64,000 nt of DNA, taken from the sequence record OL631478.1; one strand, 5' to 3'. Positions 27,574 to 36,286 of this stretch are shown here, in pieces (the stretch's first letter is position 1; each line of letters opens with the position of its first letter). Below the pieces are notes generated by a model. That model searched no databases and had not been told where the DNA came from. It saw only the letters and a program-made list of their open reading frames with translations. This DNA is from Escherichia phage ECML-1. The translations under genes and the position numbers were made by a program.

Positions 27574-28014
27574 TTAGAAAGGTTTTCTACGTTGCTTGTT
27601 AATGTTAGCTTTCATAGCAGCTAAATGGTTTTGCTGTTCAATCAGTCGTGAACGTTCTTGATGACTAAGTGCCATAGTGTTCACATTCTCAATCGCTTGA
27701 GTGGCTTGCTTTAAAGCACGACCAATCTTACCAGACATTTTACGTTTTGCAATAGTTGCTTGATGTTTAGGTTCAACCACACGATAACCAACACCCATTG
27801 AAGCAACCAGATAAATCTTCTCTTCTTTAAGAAGCTTCTCAATAAACTTCTCAAGTCGGTTTAGACGTGTAAGCGCATAAGCCTTCATTTCATCTTCGTA
27901 CTTAACAATGTCACCTTGATAAGTTGGCTTCACAATACCTAAGAAGGTGTCCATCTCAGAATGTGATACAGTGTCACCGTAACTAAACTTTGCTGCTAAT
28001 GCTTTTGTATTCAT
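27574..28014 (-). CDS. Hypothetical protein
   Basis: 146 aa ORF, bracketed by repeat units. Confidence 0.45.
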   Translation of the reverse strand: MNTKALAAKFSYGDTVSHSEMDTFLGIVKPTYQGDIVKYEDEMKAYALTRLNRLEKFIEKLLKEEKIYLVASMGVGYRVVEPKHQATIAKRKMSGKIGRALKQATQAIENVNTMALSHQERSRLIEQQNHLAAMKANINKQRRKPF

Positions 28015-28016
28015 AA

Positions 28017-28622
<606 letters not shown>

Positions 28623-28685
28623 TTAGTTGATTGTTAAGTTGTTTGTAAAGAACCCTCAACAGAAGACTCTTTAGAAACTTGGTAG

Positions 28686-28858
28686 ATTTTTAACGTGGCT
28701 ACTACCATCCACCCATACCTCACCTAACAACACCTAACAACACAAAACTACACCCCACACCACCGCACCACACCAAACATCACTTAAAAACCCTCTTAGA
28801 AGACCCTTAAGTGATGCTGGTGAGTACCCGTTGGTTTATGCTGCTCAGTATACTCACC
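28686..28858. repeat. Structured intergenic repeat unit D (fourth copy, non-tandem)
   Basis: GGTAG-atttttaacgtggCTACTACC X-block hairpin; 80 nt tract ~90% C+A with CCTCACC core; inverted repeat CACTTAA-N19-TTAAGTG (28781-28813); hairpin GGTGAGTA/TACTCACC (28819-28858). Confidence 0.75.
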
Positions 28859-28874
28859 AAATTTTCTATGTCAA
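28847..28874 (-). promoter_or_regulatory. Candidate sigma70-like promoter (minus strand) overlapping repeat-unit hairpin
   Basis: On minus strand: TTGACA - 16 nt - TATACT, located just downstream of ligase stop; -10 lies within the TACTCACC hairpin arm. Confidence 0.4.
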
Positions 28875-28881
28875 CAACTTT

Positions 28882-30018
28882 TTATTCGTAGTCTCGAATA
28901 ACTAACCCAACAGGGAACTGTAAAGAACCTTTACGAGTCATCTTCTGGAACTGAACCGTCAAAGGTTTCCCGATAAACTCTTCAGGATGTTCAGCAAGAT
29001 ACTGTTTCTTCTCATGAGTAGTCTTCCATGAGACATCTACAAAGACGTTAGGAAGAGTCTCTACAACGAACTTGCCATGACCACGTTTATCAGTCTTTAC
29101 ACCAGTCACTTTAAACTCTTCAGTGTGCATCTTCTTGTGCTTAATCAAGAAGTATGAACGGTGACAACACTCATAGAAGGAGTCTTCAGAGATTGAACGG
29201 TACATTGCGCCTTCAAACTTAGCTTCAACCCACTTATCATGAGCTTCATCAAACTCTTCCCAAGAGTTAACACGACGAGATTTAACAGGGACAACTTTAC
29301 AGCCATCTCTAAAGTCATTCAATGGTGAAGTCTCAATAATATCTCTACGCTCAGGCCACGTCTTAGTACTATCACAGATATCATACCAGTAGAACTTAAG
29401 TAAGTGTCTGTCAGGATTGTCTTCATTTTTAATCATGGAGACAATATCTTCTAAGTCCCACCCATGAGCATAAATCTCTCCATCAAATTCATCAACATCT
29501 TTGTGGAGCCTTAACATTGCCATAATGTCGGGTATTAGTTCAGTAGGGATTTTATAAACAGTATTCTCACGAGAGTATGCTGTGAATACACTACCAATGC
29601 TTAAGTGTCTTGAAATTCTACAACGGACACCATCAAGTTTTGGTTGAGCATCAGCAGGGAACTTCAAATACTTTGCATGGCTAACCTTTGCAGCATCATG
29701 AGCAAGCTGTACACCCACCTTCTCAGTATTCTGTGCAGACTCTTTTGTGTAAGCATAACCTTTACGGTCAACTTGCTTTTTATACTTAGCAGCAACTTCA
29801 AAGAGAGCTTGCTGTTCAGCGTTACGCTCATTCTTTTTACCGATGTTTTTAGGTTCTGCTGTATACTCTTCAAACATCATCTTGCCATTTTCTTTACCAT
29901 AGGTTGTAATAACTTTGTCACCTACAGCAACACATGACCAGACGTTGAAGGAACCGTCTTTATTTTGTTTGTACAGAATTGTCATTTTTATTCCTCTGAG
30001 TGATACCAAGTATTGCAA
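28882..30018 (-). CDS. ATP-dependent DNA ligase
   Basis: Adenylation motif I PKLDGVRC (KxDG), ~378 aa, adjacent to replication genes. Confidence 0.8.
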   Translation of the reverse strand: MQYLVSLRGIKMTILYKQNKDGSFNVWSCVAVGDKVITTYGKENGKMMFEEYTAEPKNIGKKNERNAEQQALFEVAAKYKKQVDRKGYAYTKESAQNTEKVGVQLAHDAAKVSHAKYLKFPADAQPKLDGVRCRISRHLSIGSVFTAYSRENTVYKIPTELIPDIMAMLRLHKDVDEFDGEIYAHGWDLEDIVSMIKNEDNPDRHLLKFYWYDICDSTKTWPERRDIIETSPLNDFRDGCKVVPVKSRRVNSWEEFDEAHDKWVEAKFEGAMYRSISEDSFYECCHRSYFLIKHKKMHTEEFKVTGVKTDKRGHGKFVVETLPNVFVDVSWKTTHEKKQYLAEHPEEFIGKPLTVQFQKMTRKGSLQFPVGLVIRDYE

Positions 30019-30179
30019 GCATTACATGCGTAAAGCTCTAAGTCATTTTTATCCGGTTTATGAAAGCAGTTTGCTCCGCAGTGGCAACGGAATGGCTTTC
30101 CATCAACTGTCAGGATGAATGATTGAATCTTCCCATCAGGAGTTCGTACAGCATTTTTATGCTTGTCTTCTTTGTTCAT
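29988..30179 (-). CDS. Small zinc-ribbon protein
   Basis: 63 aa with CHCGANC...CNACN cysteine/histidine pairs. Confidence 0.4.
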   Translation of the reverse strand: MNKEDKHKNAVRTPDGKIQSFILTVDGKPFRCHCGANCFHKPDKNDLELYACNACNTWYHSEE

Positions 30180-30478
30180 TTTCTCTTACCACCAATCTCT
30201 ACGTCGATAACTTGAACATCGCCAGCAACATCAAACTTATGAATGATGCTTTCAGCAGTGTAAGTCCAACCATCAATGCGAACCAACTCACCTTCTCGTG
30301 GGACGATTGGATTACGTTGAGCTATGGTTGCAGTGGAGTGAACAACGTCATAACGATAGATATAGTTTACTAGGACTTCCATCGTGAAAACCTCACTCAA
30401 TAACCGTAGTATGTGATTGACCATTTTTGCCGTAGCTATAAGATGTTGTTGTTTGAGAGTTTGGACATCTGACAACAA
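30176..30478 (-). CDS. Hypothetical protein (likely true start at internal ATG ~30382 with GAGG RBS)
   Basis: ORF in dense minus-strand operon; longest version overlaps upstream lipoprotein gene, shorter 68-aa version does not. Confidence 0.35.
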   Translation of the reverse strand: MLSDVQTLKQQHLIATAKMVNHILRLLSEVFTMEVLVNYIYRYDVVHSTATIAQRNPIVPREGELVRIDGWTYTAESIIHKFDVAGDVQVIDVEIGGKRK

Positions 30479-30653
30479 TAATATCCCTACTTATAGCATC
30501 ACCATGTAACTTGTATACTCTGCAATCTTGCATCTCTGGTGGGAGACTGTAAGAAGCATTTTTATCTTCATAAGAAGGGTTGCAGCCAGATAGAAAAATA
30601 ACACCAAGTGCAATTACTGCTTTCCACATAATACTCACCCTATTACTGTTCAC
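30393..30653 (-). CDS. Putative lipoprotein (likely start at 30629, MWKAVIALGVIFLSGC)
   Basis: Signal peptide with lipobox LSGC; GGTGAG RBS upstream of internal Met. Confidence 0.5.
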   Translation of the reverse strand: MNSNRVSIMWKAVIALGVIFLSGCNPSYEDKNASYSLPPEMQDCRVYKLHGDAISRDIIVVRCPNSQTTTSYSYGKNGQSHTTVIE

Positions 30654-30798
30654 GATGTTCTACTTCTCTGTATGTGCGTCGGTAGTTTATGATAAGAGGT
30701 GCTAATTCATTGCTTTTAACATTTGAACGTAACAGTTGCCAGTCAAAACCTTTAGCGACTCTTCCATATAAATTAAATAACTTTACTTTGCGTTTCAT
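30643..30798 (-). CDS. Small basic hypothetical protein (51 aa)
   Basis: ATG preceded by GGAGAT RBS at correct spacing; fills otherwise unexplained gap; not in ORF track because <60 aa. Confidence 0.3.
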   Translation of the reverse strand: MKRKVKLFNLYGRVAKGFDWQLLRSNVKSNELAPLIINYRRTYREVEHREQ

Positions 30799-30816
30799 TT
30801 TTGGTATCTCCAATAC

Positions 30817-31029
30817 TCAGATGTCAATATTAATACGCTCACCCTTAAGGACTCCTGTACGGTCTCTTGCAATCTTACCGTCAACAATAAGAATGTGTGC
30901 AGACCTTAAAGAATCATGATTAAAACCTTTTACGAACTTACTAGGCATCACTACAATAAGCATCTCCTGAATTAACTCTGGAGTGTAGCAATTGCCATGA
31001 AGTTGCTGAATAACGTCTGCAAGTGTCAT
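30817..31029 (-). CDS. Hypothetical protein
   Basis: 70 aa ORF with GGAGG RBS upstream. Confidence 0.4.
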   Translation of the reverse strand: MTLADVIQQLHGNCYTPELIQEMLIVVMPSKFVKGFNHDSLRSAHILIVDGKIARDRTGVLKGERINIDI

Positions 31030-31090
31030 ATAACCTCCTATACAAGATACAGTATAAGGTACTCTTCCATGAGCACCTTGTCAACACTAA

Positions 31091-33790
31091 TTAGTGAACC
31101 TCAAGCCAGCTTTTACCAACCTTACCAGTACCTGTAACAAGCGTTTCTTTCTTAAGACCTAAGTTCTTAGAAGCTTGTCCATAATACCAGTCAGTAACTG
31201 CTTTCACTTCTGCCGTCATACTTTCTGGACATTCCCAACTCGTCTCGTCGTGATATGCGCAGAGTAAACGAGCACCAATAGCTGGTTTACGCCCATTTAA
31301 CTTCATTAAGCCTTCGTCAATCATACGACGGCAAGCAAGGTTAATTGCCTCATTTTGAATCTGAGCCTCTGAACCCATGAGCAAATAATTCAACAGCTTA
31401 TGCGGAGATTTACACCACAACCAAGCTCCAGCAACCTTTACAAAACCCCCTTTAGAGATTGCAGCAGTCTTACCAAACACCTCTTCAAGTGCCTTTTTAG
31501 TTGCTTTGTAGTCAGCTTCCAAGTCATCTAACAGCTTCTTAATTTTAGGCAAACGTATAAAGTAAGTCTGTTTAGTCAGCGCACCTTCCTTAGTAGTCGC
31601 AGCTTTAATCGTCTTAGCAAACTTCTCATCACCTGCACCGAACAGCAGTGCATAGATACCATTCTTAGCTTTCTTACGACCTTTGCTAATCTCATGAAGA
31701 AGATTCTCATCCTGAGTAGCTCGACAAGTCAAGATGTCCTGCTCATCATTCAAGCTAAAGTAAATACTGTTCAGTGTATGTGCATCAGTTCCTGAATAGA
31801 CAACGTACAGGTCATTCTCAGAGTCATAGCGAAGGTACTTATCAATCTCTGGGTTGAGGTACTCATCAAAGTGTTTGCAGTAATAGCGTCCATCTTCTTG
31901 ACGAATGAACTCAATTTCTTCTTTACCTTGCGTTACCGCTTTGGTGAAGTCTTTATCACCCATAAAGTTACAAAGTAGAACTAGCTGGGCTGAGTTCATA
32001 TCTACAGAGACAACGTTAGTACCTTCCTCACAAATCCACACTGCCCTCATTGGTTCCCCATAGACAGCAGCACCAGACGGTACGTTTACAATACCATATT
32101 GTGTCATACGTCCAGTTGAAGTACCAAACACCATTGCACCAGCACTAAGGCGACCATCAGGACGAATCTGGTTCAACCAACCTTTTTCATCATCCTTTGA
32201 GTTCTCAATAGTTCTGCGTCGGTGCATCAAAGTATAGTACTTAGCAATCTTCTGTCCAAGCTCACCTTCAATCGTATCATAAGATGATTCAGTAAGTTTT
32301 GGTGAAGTACGGATTAAGCAAGGCTCAAGCAAATCTGTGTACTTCTTCACAGACCAGTTATGCTCAATGTACTGTACACCTTCATGTTCAACATAGCTCA
32401 AACCACACCGCTCAACCATTTCCTGCCACTTAGGATGTTTTGTAATCATCTTTTTATTGTCTTTGAAACGACAAACTTTGACAGGGCGACCGTCTGAGTC
32501 TTTCTTGTAGTTCCAGTCATCTGGAATCCAACCAACTGATTTCAAGTAGTCTTTAACAACTGCTACCTGAGTCATACGAGAAACTTCAAAATCAATTGGT
32601 GTATATGGTGCATCAATCAAACCTGTGTAGCGACTTGACTCAAGCTCAAAGTGGTTAACAACGTGACTGTTATAGTACTTCACAGTTTTGACTGTTTTCA
32701 CTGGCTTCCAGTCTTTGCATTTCTTACCAATCTTTGCATTCAACTCATTGCAAATTGCACGAGCATCCTTCATTGCTACAAAGCCTTCCTTGTACTCTTC
32801 ACCAGTTACAGAGTTGGTTGGTGTATAGCAATTCCTCTTTTCAATGTTAAAAATCTTTGTAGTTGGCTTACCAAATGGTTTGATTTCGTATGTCTGCATC
32901 TCACCGTTACGCACCTGTTGACGGTACTTCGTCTTAGGATACTTGGTGATTCTCTTCAACCCATCTGCATGACCAAATGTTTCAACATACTCATTCCAAG
33001 CCTTTGCAAACTCTTCACCAGTTACTTTACCTTTGGTCTTAATAGTTGGAGGTAGATGTGGTTCAACCTCTGAAGCAAGCTCATTAGTCAACTTGTCAAG
33101 TTCCTTTACATGGAACTCCATAAGCTCTTTATCAGCTTTCCAACCATTGATAGCTTGCTGGCTCATCCAGAAAGATGTTTCTTTAGCTCGCATGTAGGTT
33201 TCATAAGTATCTATGCCACACTTCTTAAGCTTGAGATACTCATTATCAAGTGCCCGTTTAGTTTTGGCGTTAATACGGATATCTTCTACAACACGAGTGA
33301 AGATTTCTGCATTCCACACACCCCAATGTTCAATCTCTGGTTTACGAACACCAACACGAGCACCCCATGCAGCCAAACCATGAGCACCTTTATAACCCTT
33401 TGGAGTTGGTCTATCCATCCACTGAACACGAGACTGGATAAGAGAATCCTGAAAGAAATTACTCCACGGTTTACACTTTGGGTTATCAAAGTTCCATAAA
33501 TCAGGTGCAATGTGATTGAAAACCCACCAGTCATAACCGAGACCGTTATGGATGCAAAGACGTTTTGCCTTTAACGCAAACTCAATACCTTCACGTAAGC
33601 CACCCTTGATGTACTTGGTGTACTTGTGACCGAGAATAGGTTCATCTGTAAAGACCCATACAGGTGGCTCTTCATCGTCAGATTTATAGTCTGCGAAAGC
33701 CATTACGTGCACTTTAGTGAACTCAAGGAGTAAACCATCAGTTTCTGTATCACCAACTAAATGTAAGTTTTTAAAATCTACGTTTTCCAT
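31091..33790 (-). CDS. DNA polymerase, family A, with 3'-5' exonuclease domain (start at MENVDF, GAGGGAG RBS)
   Basis: Exo I motif LVGDTETDGL; motif B-like RATQDENL...KxxxNGIYALLFG; motif C LLCAYHDETSWE. Confidence 0.85.
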   Translation of the reverse strand: MENVDFKNLHLVGDTETDGLLLEFTKVHVMAFADYKSDDEEPPVWVFTDEPILGHKYTKYIKGGLREGIEFALKAKRLCIHNGLGYDWWVFNHIAPDLWNFDNPKCKPWSNFFQDSLIQSRVQWMDRPTPKGYKGAHGLAAWGARVGVRKPEIEHWGVWNAEIFTRVVEDIRINAKTKRALDNEYLKLKKCGIDTYETYMRAKETSFWMSQQAINGWKADKELMEFHVKELDKLTNELASEVEPHLPPTIKTKGKVTGEEFAKAWNEYVETFGHADGLKRITKYPKTKYRQQVRNGEMQTYEIKPFGKPTTKIFNIEKRNCYTPTNSVTGEEYKEGFVAMKDARAICNELNAKIGKKCKDWKPVKTVKTVKYYNSHVVNHFELESSRYTGLIDAPYTPIDFEVSRMTQVAVVKDYLKSVGWIPDDWNYKKDSDGRPVKVCRFKDNKKMITKHPKWQEMVERCGLSYVEHEGVQYIEHNWSVKKYTDLLEPCLIRTSPKLTESSYDTIEGELGQKIAKYYTLMHRRRTIENSKDDEKGWLNQIRPDGRLSAGAMVFGTSTGRMTQYGIVNVPSGAAVYGEPMRAVWICEEGTNVVSVDMNSAQLVLLCNFMGDKDFTKAVTQGKEEIEFIRQEDGRYYCKHFDEYLNPEIDKYLRYDSENDLYVVYSGTDAHTLNSIYFSLNDEQDILTCRATQDENLLHEISKGRKKAKNGIYALLFGAGDEKFAKTIKAATTKEGALTKQTYFIRLPKIKKLLDDLEADYKATKKALEEVFGKTAAISKGGFVKVAGAWLWCKSPHKLLNYLLMGSEAQIQNEAINLACRRMIDEGLMKLNGRKPAIGARLLCAYHDETSWECPESMTAEVKAVTDWYYGQASKNLGLKKETLVTGTGKVGKSWLEVH

Positions 33791-33962
33791 TTTTACTCCC
33801 TCTAAAATCATTAACCTCATACATTACTGCAAAAAATTATAAAAAGCAAGTTGACAATGCACTTGACAAGGTGTTAATCTTTGCGAAGTGGGTTTTTACT
33901 TAAAAGGTTACTTAACAGTTTAACTATACAGATACTTTAAAACTCTTAAAAGATTATTTAAT

Positions 33963-33977
33963 AGCTTTTAAAAAGCT
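33963..33977. promoter_or_regulatory. Palindromic candidate operator in divergent control region
   Basis: AGCTTTT-A-AAAAGCT perfect 7-bp inverted repeat. Confidence 0.35.
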
Positions 33978-33985
33978 TTAAAGTA

Positions 33986-34004
33986 TAACGTATAGAATAC
34001 GTTA
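33986..34004. promoter_or_regulatory. Palindromic candidate operator in divergent control region
   Basis: TAACGTAT-AGA-ATACGTTA perfect 8-bp inverted repeat. Confidence 0.4.
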
Positions 34005-34047
34005 AGATAAAAGATTAAAACTTAATAGTTACTTAAAAGAGGCTTAC

Positions 34048-34470
34048 ATGCAGAAAATGTTTGTTCACCCAGACATAGCTGACTTTGTTAGAGCTTTGCA
34101 GAAGTTGGAAGAACTTGACATTGCTGCTCAACGGGAATATGCTCACCATCACAGGAGAATGGTTGATATACAACATGAAATAGAGTTGTCTGAAAACTAT
34201 GAAGATGACTTAAAATGCTCTGTATTTGAGCATATGAAAGATGTTGCTACAGCTAGACGTAAAGCCAAAGACACAGTTGCTTTACTAGATTCTCTTAAAA
34301 AGAGGTTGCAAAGTGGTACAGACCTGTGTAATCTAGCATCACTGATTAACGATGTCGAAACTTCTTGGGATAGACACTACTATCCACGTTCTGAAAAGAC
34401 ACTTGACTTTTCTTCATCAGAAAACTTAAAATGTTCTAGAAAGAAACTTAACCAACTGAGAGAGAAATAA
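34048..34470 (+). CDS. Hypothetical early protein
   Basis: 140 aa ORF with AAGAGG RBS; first gene of rightward block. Confidence 0.45.
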   Translation: MQKMFVHPDIADFVRALQKLEELDIAAQREYAHHHRRMVDIQHEIELSENYEDDLKCSVFEHMKDVATARRKAKDTVALLDSLKKRLQSGTDLCNLASLINDVETSWDRHYYPRSEKTLDFSSSENLKCSRKKLNQLREK

Positions 34471-34471
34471 T

Positions 34472-35272
34472 ATGAATATCGATGTAGAAAAGATGCTTGA
34501 AGAGAAAGGTGTTGATGAAGCATTCTTAATCAATGCCGTAGAAAGCATGGCTATGATTCTTCGTGGTAACAACTACACAGAACAGTTTATGCCTGCAAGC
34601 TATAACTTGCCTGAAGACAAGTCTGATAACGGTGCTTTTGCAGAACAGGTCAACATGATGTTAACAGACACTACACTTGCTCTGGCATCTATTGCGGTTG
34701 GTGTTGATGCACTTGCTGAGTTCATTTTTTATGAAATGCAAAAGAATGACTATATCAGGATGTCAGACGAAGATAAGGAACTGTTGCTGACTAAGGACAC
34801 TGATTCCATTATTGATACGCTTATCTCATCAACGAGTGCTGTTATGGCTGTTCTTGAGAAGCGTATGGAAGAGAAACTTTCACGATATGAAAAACTTGAT
34901 TGGGGCGTAGAAGAATTAAACCCACGAATCAAAGAGATTATCCAGCAAACTAAAGAGTCTTTGGAAGAAGCTGTTGAAAATGACTCTGTAGCTGACATTG
35001 AACCACTTCAGGTGAAAGTTGCACTGATGATTCCAGCTATCTCTACGATGATGAATATCGTTGCACTAATCCAACTGTCACAGATGATGGGTGTGAGTAT
35101 TGAGTTCATTGAGGAAATGACTGGTGGCGTTAGTATGCAAGCAATCAATGATGTTTTGGTGAATATTGGTGCTTCAATCATTGAAGAGAAGCTACGCATT
35201 AACTTCGGTGATGATTTTGTGAAGCAAATCTCAGCTATGGCTGAAAAAGAGTCTGCTGACCAACTGCACTAA
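34472..35272 (+). CDS. Hypothetical acidic early protein
   Basis: 266 aa, strongly Asp/Glu-rich; coupled start. Confidence 0.45.
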   Translation: MNIDVEKMLEEKGVDEAFLINAVESMAMILRGNNYTEQFMPASYNLPEDKSDNGAFAEQVNMMLTDTTLALASIAVGVDALAEFIFYEMQKNDYIRMSDEDKELLLTKDTDSIIDTLISSTSAVMAVLEKRMEEKLSRYEKLDWGVEELNPRIKEIIQQTKESLEEAVENDSVADIEPLQVKVALMIPAISTMMNIVALIQLSQMMGVSIEFIEEMTGGVSMQAINDVLVNIGASIIEEKLRINFGDDFVKQISAMAEKESADQLH

Positions 35273-35290
35273 GTCTTTATAAATCTTACA

Positions 35291-35314
35291 AGCCTCCTTA
35301 GTTGGGGGCTTTTT
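35291..35314 (+). terminator. Rho-independent terminator
   Basis: AGCCTCC-TTAGTT-GGGGGCT hairpin (one G-U pair) followed by TTTTT. Confidence 0.5.
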
Positions 35315-35333
35315 AGTAATTAAGGGAGATAAA

Positions 35334-36077
35334 ATGAGTAATATTATCGCATTTACTGGAAAGGCACGTTCTGGAAAAGACACCTCATGTTCTATTGTGA
35401 AGAACATCTTAGAGGATGAGTATGGCTACAATGTTGCTGTAATGGCCTTTGCAGACAACCTTAAACTGTCTGCATCAAAGATATTTGACCTGACTTGGAA
35501 TGACCTGTATGGTGAAACTAAAGAGACTCCACAGGTATTTGACTTATCATATCCTGAACTGATGTTTAAAGTTACGGAAGCTATGGAGTTCACCTTCAGA
35601 GATGAACGTTACCATATGGACTTCAAGCTTATGTCAGAGTTAACCGGACGATTAATCATGGAGCTTAAGAAGGTTGCTAAACCTACCCTATTAACACGTC
35701 TGGGATTTAGTAAAAAGTATAAATTCTCATCAAGACAAATTCAACAGATTTGGGGTACTGAAGTTGTCCGTAAAGTAATGGGCGACAAGTTCTGGTCTAA
35801 AGACCTTGAAAAAAGAATGGTTAGATTCCATGAAATGTGCTCACTTAGAAATCAATATGGTTTTGTCTTAATCAGTGATTTAAGATTTGACTCTGAAGCT
35901 GAATGGCTGAGTAGATTTGCACACCAAACTATTGAAGTAAAAAGAGACAATGTGGACAAAGTTTCATCACATGTTTCAGAAAATGGGATTTCTACAAAAT
36001 ATGAGCGTGACATTATTCATAATAATGGTACTCTTGCAGACCTTGAGAACAAGCTAAGAGCCATCATTAAAGTTTAA
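35334..36077 (+). CDS. Deoxynucleoside monophosphate kinase (T4 gp1-like)
   Basis: N-terminal P-loop AFTGKARSGKDT and C-terminal ...NNGTLADLENKL pattern resembling T4 dNMP kinase (from memory). Confidence 0.65.
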   Translation: MSNIIAFTGKARSGKDTSCSIVKNILEDEYGYNVAVMAFADNLKLSASKIFDLTWNDLYGETKETPQVFDLSYPELMFKVTEAMEFTFRDERYHMDFKLMSELTGRLIMELKKVAKPTLLTRLGFSKKYKFSSRQIQQIWGTEVVRKVMGDKFWSKDLEKRMVRFHEMCSLRNQYGFVLISDLRFDSEAEWLSRFAHQTIEVKRDNVDKVSSHVSENGISTKYERDIIHNNGTLADLENKLRAIIKV

Positions 36078-36085
36078 AAGAGAGA

Positions 36086-36286
36086 ATGAAGATGAGAGTA
36101 AAAGACAATTTTAAAGTTATTGACCACCGTTTAGTGGAACTCTCATCTCTTTCCAATGAGGTAATGATTGAACGTCTTAAGAGAGTTGAATCACGAAGGA
36201 AAGAGATTGCAGATGAAATTCATGAACTGGACAAGATTGAAAATGGATTGAAGGCAGAACTACAACGAAGAGGTGCTAATGTCTAA
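36086..36286 (+). CDS. Hypothetical small coiled-coil protein
   Basis: 66 aa ORF. Confidence 0.35.
   Translation: MKMRVKDNFKVIDHRLVELSSLSNEVMIERLKRVESRRKEIADEIHELDKIENGLKAELQRRGANV

Noticed and set aside
32651-33499. Plus-strand ORFs (134 and 129 aa) inside the DNA polymerase gene
   Set aside because: Antisense to a gene with clear polymerase and exonuclease motifs; no independent support.
33790-33820. Upstream extension of the DNA polymerase gene to the ORF-track start at 33820
   Set aside because: An internal ATG at 33790 has a GAGGGAG RBS at ideal spacing; the 10 extra codons upstream would bury that RBS in coding sequence.
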